A stretch of DNA of 35,127 nucleotides from Trichomonas gallinae. Lineage: Eukaryota. This document shows positions 18,795-29,151 of this stretch, one piece after another (position 1 is the first letter of the stretch; every line of letters starts with the position of its first letter). The notes below the pieces were generated by a model. It saw only the letters and a list, made by a program, of their open reading frames with translations. It did no database searches and was not told where the DNA came from. Both the position numbers and the translations under genes were made by a program. The stretch covers positions 1 through 35,127 of the forward strand of contig MRSU01000062.1 in assembly GCA_008369845.1 (NCBI GenBank), written 5' to 3'.

Positions 18795-21449
18795 TTAGTT
18801 GAGGGAAATAAATTGATCAGTGTCATTATCCGAATACGACTTTCTGCAGCATGAACAGCAGCAGCAACATCTAATGCAGCCTGACCAAAATGGTTTGTTT
18901 GGAATGTCGCACGTTCCACTCTTCTTCCTGACAATCAGAGAACCTATCAACAGGTAAAGGAGGAATGTTAGAGCAACAGCCATCACAACAATTATCAATA
19001 CATACATAGCAATGCTATCGTTCTTCTTATGCTGTGTCACGCAGAACTTCGGAGTTTCGACAGTTAAGTATAAATGGTCGTCTGTTTCAATCGCGTGATT
19101 CGCGAAATACAAAAATGATTCATTCAAGCCCCTGTCTTCTCCGCAAACAAAAGACAGCGTGACAGACTTGTTCTCATATCCACCCCAGTATGTCACATTG
19201 TTTCCTGACGTAGTGTAGCCATATCTCCCGTCTGCAACATTCACGCATGTAAATGGGTCTGGAGTTGTTGACATCCAGCACTTCCAAACTGTTGCATTTG
19301 ACGCATCGAACACGTTATTGCACTGCTTAGGCTTCCTGGAGCTGCCTGGATAAGCGATGAATGTCGCTGACTGGTTAACTTTATTCGTTTCAATCATCAC
19401 GTCACCGGTTATATATGTTTTGTCGTCCAATTTAATTTGTGTTCCATTCGCTTCTAAAGTGAAAGGTTTTACTTCATCTGAAGGCGGTGGATCTATTGGC
19501 AGAGGGTGAGGAGGTGGTGTAGGGTCTATCCACGGCTTAGGACATGCTCCATCTGTCTGCAACTTGATGTTGAATGTCGACGGTTCTGTATAGATAAGAA
19601 ACTCGGTAGATCCATTACAAATCATTCTAATGACCATAGACGAATAATCAGCGCCTTTGAACCTCGCAGTGACGCCTTCGGATATGTCAGAAGGATCAAT
19701 TAGTTCCCACGAGTATCCGTAGTTAAGATAGGCGGCTGAAATGCATTCGGTTTTGTTTCCTTTGTCGAAACAGATGTAAGCGTCAGCGTCACTTGTCTGC
19801 AAGCAGGCGTCTTTGAATGGGCAGCCGAAGTTTGCGAAAGGCGTCACGAAAAGCTTAACATCTGTCTTTCCATTTTCTGGATAAGTTCGCAATTTTACTT
19901 CTTGTTCGAGTAAAATGATGGAGCTTATTGCTATTTTTATGCTATGTGTTCCATTAGTCGAATATATGTACTTTGGAGCTGGAACATTTGGCGTTGGAGT
20001 TGGATCTTTTCTAAGTTCTGGTGGAATGAAGTCTATATTGCAAAGCTGACGTGAGGTGAACTCTATTTTATATAGGTTCTGCGATTGGTCATAAATAACC
20101 ACTGTGTCATCGGTTCCAATTTTGTTATAATTGAGTGATAAATTTGATGAACAAGAAAATGAGGCTTTGAACATTGTATTATCTTCACCCTCATAAAACA
20201 GAATAGAATTTGATTGCATTGTTGTGTTTGAGCTAGCTTTGAGCGGTTTTGAATCTGAAAACCAAATATTTCTGCAATTTCCGTTCGAACAAGCCCATGC
20301 ATTTGATGGTCTATGAGAACTGCATGTATATCCTTGTGGGCAATTCACTGTATGCGTTGGATTTAAGTAAATTTTTGTATTTGAATCTCCTTGCACTGGA
20401 AATTCGGTTTGTCCGATGTAAATTTGGTTTGAAACATTGATTGCTGCCCTATTTCCATGTCTTTTAAAGTAAAATAAGCCAGGAGGATCATCATTAATTG
20501 GACAAGCTTCTAAACTGTCAACTGATATTGTAAGTGTATCTGATTCTAGATGTGAATCCTTCTTGTAAAGTGGATTTTGCTTCGAAATGGAATTATTGCA
20601 TTTAAAATTAACAATTGCCTTGTTAGACTCTTCTGAGTACTTTGCGTGAGTTATTTGTGTATCAAACTCAAAACTAAGACTATTGTTGACTGATCCATAT
20701 GACGTGCAAGTCTTTTCTTTGCAATACCAAATCGATGAAATTTCTTTATCGCACGTGTAGGTTGCTGGGCAACTAATTAAGCCACATGGTTGATAGAAAA
20801 CTAAATTTCCATCATTTGTAACGATTGTATGACCTGATTGTAAATTATATTTATTTAAATCGATTCTGCTGATGTTTCCGTCAACCATTGGGGAAACTGC
20901 AAAACAATTAACTGTCTTCGCTTGATTAAATTGTACAGATCCTTGAGTTGGGCAAGCGAATTTAGATTTGTAGGAAACAATCACGGCTTCTGATGATTTG
21001 GATACTTCATAATCGATAGATTCTAACTGTACTTCCTCGACAGCTGAATCGCAGACTAAATTGAAAACTGTTAAGTGAGATTTTTCATTTTTGTCATTCT
21101 GTTCTTGATAATATATAACATTTGCACCTGCTGATGGATTTTCTATATCAATTAATTCAACATATTGCGATCCAGAAAATCCAAAATAGGTTATTGAATC
21201 CGAAGTATTTCGAAATGCAGCGATTCCGGGTTTGTATTGGCTCTTCTGTGGGAAAACAGATTCATCAAGCATGTTACATAGTGAAAATGTGAATGAAGCA
21301 TTTTCTGATAAATTCTTCGTTGAAATCCCGATTTGTTTGGAAATCTCTGAAAAATTATATACATTTCCATCTATATTCGCCCCACATTGTAGTGAAACGT
21401 AGTTATCCAAGTTTACCGAACTCGCTAACGATAATAGAAAAAGAATCAT
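18795..21449 (-). CDS. Type I membrane protein with about 5 MRH-like repeats (mannose-6-phosphate receptor/ATG27-like)
   Basis: Signal peptide; repeated ~145-aa Cys-patterned units ending in SKFACP, SLEACP, SRQLC, TDGACP and TPKFC; one TM helix followed by IPNKPFW (cf. the CD-MPR/Atg27 PxxxFW motif); Cys-rich and acidic tail. Confidence 0.75.
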   Translation of the reverse strand: MILFLLSLASSVNLDNYVSLQCGANIDGNVYNFSEISKQIGISTKNLSENASFTFSLCNMLDESVFPQKSQYKPGIAAFRNTSDSITYFGFSGSQYVELIDIENPSAGANVIYYQEQNDKNEKSHLTVFNLVCDSAVEEVQLESIDYEVSKSSEAVIVSYKSKFACPTQGSVQFNQAKTVNCFAVSPMVDGNISRIDLNKYNLQSGHTIVTNDGNLVFYQPCGLISCPATYTCDKEISSIWYCKEKTCTSYGSVNNSLSFEFDTQITHAKYSEESNKAIVNFKCNNSISKQNPLYKKDSHLESDTLTISVDSLEACPINDDPPGLFYFKRHGNRAAINVSNQIYIGQTEFPVQGDSNTKIYLNPTHTVNCPQGYTCSSHRPSNAWACSNGNCRNIWFSDSKPLKASSNTTMQSNSILFYEGEDNTMFKASFSCSSNLSLNYNKIGTDDTVVIYDQSQNLYKIEFTSRQLCNIDFIPPELRKDPTPTPNVPAPKYIYSTNGTHSIKIAISSIILLEQEVKLRTYPENGKTDVKLFVTPFANFGCPFKDACLQTSDADAYICFDKGNKTECISAAYLNYGYSWELIDPSDISEGVTARFKGADYSSMVIRMICNGSTEFLIYTEPSTFNIKLQTDGACPKPWIDPTPPPHPLPIDPPPSDEVKPFTLEANGTQIKLDDKTYITGDVMIETNKVNQSATFIAYPGSSRKPKQCNNVFDASNATVWKCWMSTTPDPFTCVNVADGRYGYTTSGNNVTYWGGYENKSVTLSFVCGEDRGLNESFLYFANHAIETDDHLYLTVETPKFCVTQHKKNDSIAMYVLIIVVMAVALTFLLYLLIGSLIVRKKSGTCDIPNKPFWSGCIRCCCCCSCCRKSYSDNDTDQFISLN

Positions 21450-21790
21450 TTTTTTGCTTATTTACTTGTCAAATTACTACTTTACATGACATAAATTATA
21501 ACTTTCATAATTATTTTATATTAGTCTCGTAATTTAAAATCCTTCACATTAGAAGTCAGATATCTAAATTTATTTGACTAAAAATTTTTTTGCATTATGA
21601 ACATCAACAATTTCATTCGCGAATATCGATTATGTTTTCTTCAACGTTAGATAAGGTTGAAATTATCAAGCATCTTCTCTCGATTCTTAAAATTTGTACT
21701 ATTACACTAACTGGACTTAAAAAAATAACAAAATGGCATTAATATGTGCTTCATAAAAAGAACAACATTAACAAAAAACAAACTATACAT

Positions 21791-24238
21791 TTAATTATTA
21801 ACTATTTGAAGAAGGTTTTGAAGCTGATCGCTTTCAAGAACATTAGAACGCAAGAAGTCAACAATGAAAAGTTCATTCGAGATTCCTTCGTCCGTTCTTC
21901 CACCAAATATGTAAACTCCCTTATCAGATATTGCGCAACATGGGAAGAAAATTGATTTGGGCGTGTGAAACTCGTTCTTGAAAACGAACCATTGGCCGGC
22001 AGGTGCTAAACAGAATGGAATCGAGCTTCCTGCACCGCCGAAGAACCAAATATGGTCTTTCGCGACAAAAGAGCATTGGCCAACTCTGGAAGTTGGCTCA
22101 ATTCCTAATACATCAAGTTCCTGCCACTTGGATTTCAGTGAGGTCAAAACATATGTCGTCGTATTATCAATTCCTCCAACGATATATACTTTTCTTCCAA
22201 CTTCGTGCATTGAATGATGTATCAAATTTATTGGCTTCTCTCTAAGAACTTTGAATTTTTCTGCTATCTCTTTAGAAAGTCGATTTCTATTTGAAACTCC
22301 ATCTTTTGGCTTTTCGTCAGCATTTTCATCAGTCTTTGGTTTTTCGTCAGCTATTTCAGTCCAAGTATTTGTTTCTAGTTCGTAGAAGAATGTTTTGAAA
22401 GGCTGTCCACCTGTTAGAAGGATTCCTCTGTTCCTCCATGAGCACATCGCAAGTCCGGCACCTGACAAGCCGCAGCCTTCCAACTGAGTCCATTCATTAT
22501 CTTTTTTGACCCAAAAATCGCCGAGAGCCCCGCTTGGTCCCTCTCCACCATATACATAAATTGAGTCATTAATTAGAACTGCACAGCAATCGTGTCTTGC
22601 TGCGAAAGGCATCTCTTCAAATGACCAATTTTCACCATCGAAAATCATAAATTTGTTCGAAACAACACCGCACTCATCTCTTCCTCCAATAACTATAAGC
22701 TTCCCGTTTGCGAACACAGCGGCTGATCTCTGCAAGCGCAGTGGAGCGAATGACATGTGTTTCCATCTCAGTCCTGGCTCTTTCGCTGAATTTGTCCGTC
22801 CATTCATCAGCGCTGTTTCTTGCATTTCTTCGTAAAACTCTGCCGCGAACTTTTCTGATTTGAACTCCAATTGCATTGGTTTTTGTAGATTTGGATGCTT
22901 GATTTGGATGTATTTTTCTATTATCTTGACGTTTGTATCTATATATTGGAATTTCTCACGCTCTGTATTCGTTAAATATAGCATTCTAAAGTAGGAATTC
23001 GAAAGCAGCAGCCTGTAATAAGTGCCTTCGCTAGATATTGAATCATAACACGCCACGAAGTATTCGTCGTGAGGAAGGCAGTATTTCGGTAAAGCTTTCG
23101 CTAGATTGAAGTTTGAGTTCTCTTTCATTTCACAAGCGTCTTGCAATCTTCTCGCATCATTCATTTTCTCCAACGCAACAATTAAAGGGCAGTAGTCTGG
23201 ATGGCCAGGTGGTGTCGCTTCAAGCAGTCTTTGTATGAGTGATCTGTAGTTTGGTGCACGTTGTATTGGCCTGACCAGCAAAGAAATTATCTCCAAGCCT
23301 TTGAGAGCTGGCAGACTTTCGATTGATTTATATGATTCAGCGAACTGAGAATTTTTCTCTCTTTGTTTTAGAATCAAATCTTTGATGATTGGGAAGATTG
23401 TGACGTAATCGTTATAAGAGTTGAGGTCATTCGACAATTTAATGAGTGTTGTGCCAAATGTCGCGAAGAAAGAAACTCCGTTTTTCTGGAATTCTTCACT
23501 GGTGCCTTGATGAATGATTCTCGCTGTCATGAAGAAAGTTTCTAAGATTGTTTCTAGTCTAGCATTAAGAAGTGTAGAATTCCTTATGAATGGGATGATA
23601 TGTTTGTCGATTAAATCAAGAGATTGGCAATAATTTAATTCATTTTTAATGAATTCGTCTAAAATGAAATATCTCTTTCTAGCGCTCTTTATATGTCTTT
23701 CTGATAAGTTTGCCGCAATGTAAATCTGTTGATTTAAGATTAATTCGATAGGCATTTCATCTTCGATTTTTTCGCCAGTATATTTAGTAGGAACTATTTG
23801 GTTGCAGTCTATATCGAACATGTTTGATAATGAATAGCAAATATCGATAAATTTAAATGGATAGTGTAACGAACATTTGAATTCCATAATATATTCACCT
23901 TGAAAGCTGCAAATTGGGATAGAAAAGTTGTTTTTAGGATTAGTTTTGTCGTCTTTGAGCTCTAAATATGAATTTATATCGTTAATTTTTTGATTTTCAC
24001 TTGGAATAACAACAACGTGAGGGAGAAACATGCTTAAATTTTCATTATTTATATTCCATGTCGTATAAGGAGTGCATATATATAACTGATATTTTCCTGT
24101 GAGCTTTAATTTAGACATGAAAAATAGAATAGTGTCGTTTGTTGAAAGATCCTTGATATCAATGTACGGTATAAGCTGTGCTTCATTCTTATAAACAACC
24201 TTGACCTTGCTGAATGAAGCCCAAGAAGGTAACGACAT
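21791..24238 (-). CDS. RhoGEF (DH domain) protein with C-terminal Kelch propeller
   Basis: DH signatures RYFILDEFIKNELNYCQSL and LLVRPIQRAPNYRSLIQRLLEATPPGHPDY; a probable PH-like segment; Kelch motifs IVIGGR, IYVYGGE, LLTGG, VYIVGG, IWFFGG and VYIFGGR. Confidence 0.85.
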   Translation of the reverse strand: MSLPSWASFSKVKVVYKNEAQLIPYIDIKDLSTNDTILFFMSKLKLTGKYQLYICTPYTTWNINNENLSMFLPHVVVIPSENQKINDINSYLELKDDKTNPKNNFSIPICSFQGEYIMEFKCSLHYPFKFIDICYSLSNMFDIDCNQIVPTKYTGEKIEDEMPIELILNQQIYIAANLSERHIKSARKRYFILDEFIKNELNYCQSLDLIDKHIIPFIRNSTLLNARLETILETFFMTARIIHQGTSEEFQKNGVSFFATFGTTLIKLSNDLNSYNDYVTIFPIIKDLILKQREKNSQFAESYKSIESLPALKGLEIISLLVRPIQRAPNYRSLIQRLLEATPPGHPDYCPLIVALEKMNDARRLQDACEMKENSNFNLAKALPKYCLPHDEYFVACYDSISSEGTYYRLLLSNSYFRMLYLTNTEREKFQYIDTNVKIIEKYIQIKHPNLQKPMQLEFKSEKFAAEFYEEMQETALMNGRTNSAKEPGLRWKHMSFAPLRLQRSAAVFANGKLIVIGGRDECGVVSNKFMIFDGENWSFEEMPFAARHDCCAVLINDSIYVYGGEGPSGALGDFWVKKDNEWTQLEGCGLSGAGLAMCSWRNRGILLTGGQPFKTFFYELETNTWTEIADEKPKTDENADEKPKDGVSNRNRLSKEIAEKFKVLREKPINLIHHSMHEVGRKVYIVGGIDNTTTYVLTSLKSKWQELDVLGIEPTSRVGQCSFVAKDHIWFFGGAGSSIPFCLAPAGQWFVFKNEFHTPKSIFFPCCAISDKGVYIFGGRTDEGISNELFIVDFLRSNVLESDQLQNLLQIVNN

Positions 24239-25402
24239 TAAAATGTTTACCCCTAAACTATTTTGTCAGACCCTAAACTATGAATCTCTACAAAAACTTT
24301 AACCTTAACAGACAACTTACCATGACAGGAAGCCAAGAATTGGCAATTGTATTTCGATTAATAGTCCCTGCACGCTCTGCACCCATCTTTCAGCCTTTAC
24401 ATCTCGTAATATTAGTATTTCGACTTTCTTGAATTTCCATATCATCAAAATAACTTATTCAGTTGACAAAGCATGCTTTGTACATGTACATTTTGACGAA
24501 AAACATGAATACTTGGATGTTGTTACCCATATTGCAAACGAAATAATTTAGTTTTACATTGTCACAAAAAAACATTTTTGAAAAAAAAACGAGTTAGAAA
24601 TCTTTTCATAAAACAATGATAAAACCAAATCTGAGAATAAATAATGGAGACAATTTCTAGTTTATTCAAAAATTGAGAAGTGTGAAAAGGATTGGTAAGA
24701 TTTTGAAAATTTACAAAAATAAATTGTGTGAAAAATATTCAAAATTTAATTTAATCCGATCATAAAATTTTTAGAAAGAAGTATTGTTGATTATTGTAAC
24801 GATTAAAAAATATAAAAGTTCAGAATTTTTTGAATGTTTTAAGAAAACTATATTAATAGGAAAAATCATCATGATTTCGCTTGTAGATGGAACTCGTCAA
24901 TTAATTTTTTGTGAAACTATAGAAAAAAAATAATTGGTTTCAATTATGTGCTTTTATGCTTTGATCTTTCAAATAAATATATCCATAAATCTTTCTATAA
25001 CTCAAATTGCTGTTGAACAGAGAAATATAAGATAGAGATTGTTATCTAAACAAAAATATTTTTTAACGAAACACATTATATATTGTCATTTCTAATGGAG
25101 GATGATAGCAAGAAGGAATTGAATATCTCACATTTTTGAATAATGTTTTCAAAGATATTCTGATGTGTGTAAAAATTTTTCATTCATTTTCACAATTAAT
25201 TAATCAGAGATTCTCAAAAGCATATCGTTTGAAATTCCCAAACACATTTAATATGATGCATAATATGTTTGCGTGCGTATTTGCAACAATTCGATTCAAT
25301 AATTTGAGAATTTCCACAAATCTCATTTTACAGATAATTTTGATAGTCTATTATAGATAAAAATAATTATTTAAATTCAAAATTTCTCATTTTTTATCAA
25401 AA

Positions 25403-26074
25403 ATGACGTATAATTATGGACGTAATGTACCACAGCAAATCGCTCCACAGACAAATCGCCCTTATCAGAAAGTAATGTACCAGCAACCACAGTATTATTA
25501 TCAAAATGCTCCTCAACAGCAGATATACCAACAAAATGCCCAGCCGATGATGTACCAACAGCCACAACAATACTCTATGATGCAATACATGCAACCAAAT
25601 GGACAACCGGCTCAACCTGTCTATCTTCCAGAAGATGTTTACGCACAGCATATGCAGATGCAAATGCAGCCGATACAACAACCACAGCAACAGATGAGAT
25701 ATGTACAGCCACAGGCTCCAGTTCCAGTAGAAACTCCACAGCAGCAGGCTGTTCGCGATCCTAGGAGAAATAAAAAAGATATTCCGCCAACCCCACATGT
25801 AGCACAACCAGCACCAATTCCTCAGCAGGCATATTCACCGGCTAAAAAGCCTATTCCTGTCACCACGCCTCAGCAATATCCTGCCCCACAACCAGTTCCT
25901 CAGCAGTCACCGCAGCCGATTCCTCCTGCCGCAGAATCATTGCAGTCACTGGAAAACTGCCTTCCAAAAGTACCAACCTCAATCCTTTCGAAAGAATTTA
26001 CTTCTCCTCCAGGCTGTTTCAATATCATAAGGCGAGGGAATATCCCAGGACTTGCATTTTCGCAAATTTACTAA
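25403..26074 (+). CDS. Gln/Pro/Tyr-rich low-complexity protein
   Basis: ATG preceded by TCATT and TCAAAA; Q/Y/M/P-rich body with a short, more ordered C-terminus. Confidence 0.8.
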   Translation: MTYNYGRNVPQQIAPQTNRPYQKVMYQQPQYYYQNAPQQQIYQQNAQPMMYQQPQQYSMMQYMQPNGQPAQPVYLPEDVYAQHMQMQMQPIQQPQQQMRYVQPQAPVPVETPQQQAVRDPRRNKKDIPPTPHVAQPAPIPQQAYSPAKKPIPVTTPQQYPAPQPVPQQSPQPIPPAAESLQSLENCLPKVPTSILSKEFTSPPGCFNIIRRGNIPGLAFSQIY

Positions 26075-27523
26075 CATATTAATGTAATTTATAAAAATAT
26101 GTTTGTTCTTCGTATATATTTCATTGTTGGAAATATTCGAATTTTTAAACGTTATGAAGAAGTCACCTCAGTCACATAGTGATTCTGCTTCATTTATTAT
26201 AACAAAATTTAGTTTTGATTTGATGAGTTTAGACTCAAAATTAAATTAATTCATTCTGAAATATACGTATTAACTCATTAAAAAACTAAAATTTTAAGGT
26301 TCCTTTTTAGAAGTATTGGATTCGAATAATTAATGACATTATATGTATATATTTCATCGGAGCAATTTTTAAATTCAAATTATATTGATATAATACATAT
26401 TGGCTCGCATTATATATCAGTTCTATGAATGATGATATACATGTGCCCATCGAAATACGAGATTCTTAAAATATTTACAAAATCTTTAAAATATTAGATA
26501 AGACACGATTTTTAATATGAATCTAGTTCAAGAGAATAAAAGAACACACATAATAAAGAAAATTCAAGATATTTTAATTTTTGGTTTACTGAACTACATG
26601 TTAAATAACACAGATCATCGTAGAAAGACACGCAATTTTTGATAATCTTGGAGCCTGATAACATATAAATATTGAATAATCATATAATAACTTCAGTTGA
26701 TAAGTGTTGTTAATGTTAAGTAAAATACCATCCCAAACATCATCGATATTTTATAATATAAATCGCTTCCTCATTTATTATAATAAAAGCAATAAAGTAA
26801 CAAATCATTCATGGAATGAAAGTCAATATATAACTGTGTTTTGAACTGGAATATTGTGTATATCATGACATATGCATAAGCGAAAAACATAATGTTCCAA
26901 TCCAGGACTTAAAATCTAAATTGAAATCGTTTTTCATTCTTTGAACCATGTTATCTGCAACAAAAATTGATTTAATCCTTTATAAATTGTATCATATAAA
27001 TCTACATGAGTTATATTATATGAGAAGTATAGTAGCTAATCCATATCACATGATACATCAGATGCAGAATTTTGAATTTCAGTAATATAATGATTTGGAA
27101 ACTAGTTTGAAGAAGCACAGATTCATATGTCATATTCACATATCATTTATCTAATTAAATATATGTTTACAGTATTTTTGATGGATAATGTCATTTTGTA
27201 TTTCACGACATAATAATAAAATTGCATGTAACTAAAAATTTTTATTTGAATATGATATCTTGTTACTGAAGTGCATATGTCTTTTGATTATTCTTTCCTC
27301 CTAAGAAGTTTTGTTAATTTCAAATTTTTTTATTCTTTTCCAGAGTGCTGTTTGTTATAGAAAAGAAGTAGTTCTCATTTAGTCTAAGAATGACTCATAT
27401 ATGATGAGTCACTTATCACATGTAGACAACAAATTGTTTGAATCCTTTACGGGAAATAGTAATAATATTTACGTGACAGATATTGTCACTTTACAATTTT
27501 ACATGTCAAACTCAATATTTTAA

Positions 27524-27531
27524 AAAGTGAC
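27524..27531 (+). promoter_or_regulatory. AAAGTGAC (M2-type) motif before the Med8-like ATG
   Basis: AAAGTGAC ends 4 nt before ATG 27536, with an inverted copy GTCACTTT at 27485-27492. It matches a reported T. vaginalis upstream motif. Confidence 0.5.
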
Positions 27532-27535
27532 AAAA

Positions 27536-28075
27536 ATGGATGTTGAACAGAATCTGAATATGGTTAATGAAAGTTTGAAAAAAATAAACAAAAATCTTCA
27601 ACCAACAATTTTAGAACCAGCACATCTCGAATGGAGCCCATTTTTAGACAAAATGAACGAAATTTGCGATCAATATGGCGAATTAATTACACAACTTTCA
27701 CCAGAGCTTAAGAGGACAATAACTTTCCCTACAAAATTCGATGTTTACGATACCAATGCTCAAAATAATGTTATTTCGCTGCTTGAGCCACCAGCCGATT
27801 TCGTTAGCGAACAGAAACAGTATAGAGAGATGTACAAAGAATTCTTGGAACAAGCAGGACTCACAGATAGTCCAAAGGAAATGAGATTGAACGAAATTAA
27901 AAATAATATCGCAGCTCACAACGACGCAATAGCTGAATGCCAAGATCAAATTCGCGATACAATTGAGAAGACAGGACTATCAAACATTAGCGCTTCTGAT
28001 GCAAATTCTAAGCAAAATCAAAGACCAGTTTTCAAAATGTTCGATTACATGGAAGTTAACGAACAATATGCATAA
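27536..28075 (+). CDS. MED8: Mediator subunit Med8-like protein
   Basis: LEWSPFLDKMNEICDQYGELITQL...TITFP...VISLL resembles the Med8 pattern W.xLL.x(n)...(V/I)xP...LL, and there is a later helix IAAHNDAI. Start moved to ATG 27536. The CDS is confident; the family call is tentative. Confidence 0.5.
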   Translation: MDVEQNLNMVNESLKKINKNLQPTILEPAHLEWSPFLDKMNEICDQYGELITQLSPELKRTITFPTKFDVYDTNAQNNVISLLEPPADFVSEQKQYREMYKEFLEQAGLTDSPKEMRLNEIKNNIAAHNDAIAECQDQIRDTIEKTGLSNISASDANSKQNQRPVFKMFDYMEVNEQYA

Positions 28076-29151
28076 TTGTGTAAATATCGTTGTTATTTCT
28101 TACTTATCATTTGTTTTTAACTTAATTCTTCTGATAATGCTTTGAGTTATAGAAATTATTCAAAATTCTAAATCATAATAGCATACACAGACATTATATC
28201 TAATATTTCTCATTTGAGAAAACTAAAATGTTCATTTTTTGAAATTTGAATTATTGAAACTATTTTTCAAGTATGTTTTATAGACAAATTTATTATAATG
28301 AAGATATATACAAAATTTACATATACTAGAGTGCTTGAATTTAGGCTAGCACGTTGTTTGTGTCAAACGAGATTCGAATTACGAGCTGCATTCGTTCTGT
28401 TTCAATATCTGGCGCATCAATGGTTGACACTCAATGTGTTATATCATTAGCTCGACCACCAAACATCGAAAGATTTTTTAGCGAAATTTATTATCGAAAT
28501 ATTTCAATTTTGTCCATATAACAAATATATATGCCATGTAAATATTTATTTGGCAAAAATAGAATGATATATCTTTTCTTACTGATCTTTCAGCTGTATA
28601 TTATTGAGCCATTACGTAAAAGTTTTTATCAATCAAACAGTCTTGATGGAAATTTTGATAAAATATCCTGAATATTACAATATATTGCTCTATTGGTGAT
28701 TGAATAAAGAATATATAGATCACAGTGAATATATATTCTTAATGATGGTTAGCGTATGTCACAGATAAATTAAATCTAAAGTTATTTAGTTACAATTAAA
28801 TATTGTTTTTGTGCAACTCTATGGGAAAATGATTAAATATGATATTGTATTATTTGAAATGCTCTATTTGTATTATTTTGACAAAATTTTAAAGATTTTA
28901 AAATGACGATAGCATATATTTGGTCGAATAATAACCTTATTTATGAAATCAAATTTTATTCATTTTGGCGACTAAATCACGAATAAGTATATCATAGCAT
29001 GCCCAATAACATCGAATTTAAAACGCAGCAAAATTGAGAAATCTATTCTGCCAAAAAAATTAAAAATTGCAAAATATGAATATAGACGAGCTAAAATTTC
29101 TATCGAAAATTGAAGGACAAAACCGCAGTGTTGGACCATTTAGAAATTTTG

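Noticed and set aside
358..21449. Apparent functional clustering (RNR with hydrogenase-like; tetraspanin, Vps20 and MPR-like)
   Set aside because: The genes are on mixed strands with separate promoters and unrelated genes in between; no evidence for an operon-like system.
24310..24430. ACTTACC (U1-like) and GCCTTTAC (U5 loop-like) words suggesting an snRNA
   Set aside because: The U5 loop lacks a U and its flanks do not pair, and I see no U1 stem-loops or clear Sm site.
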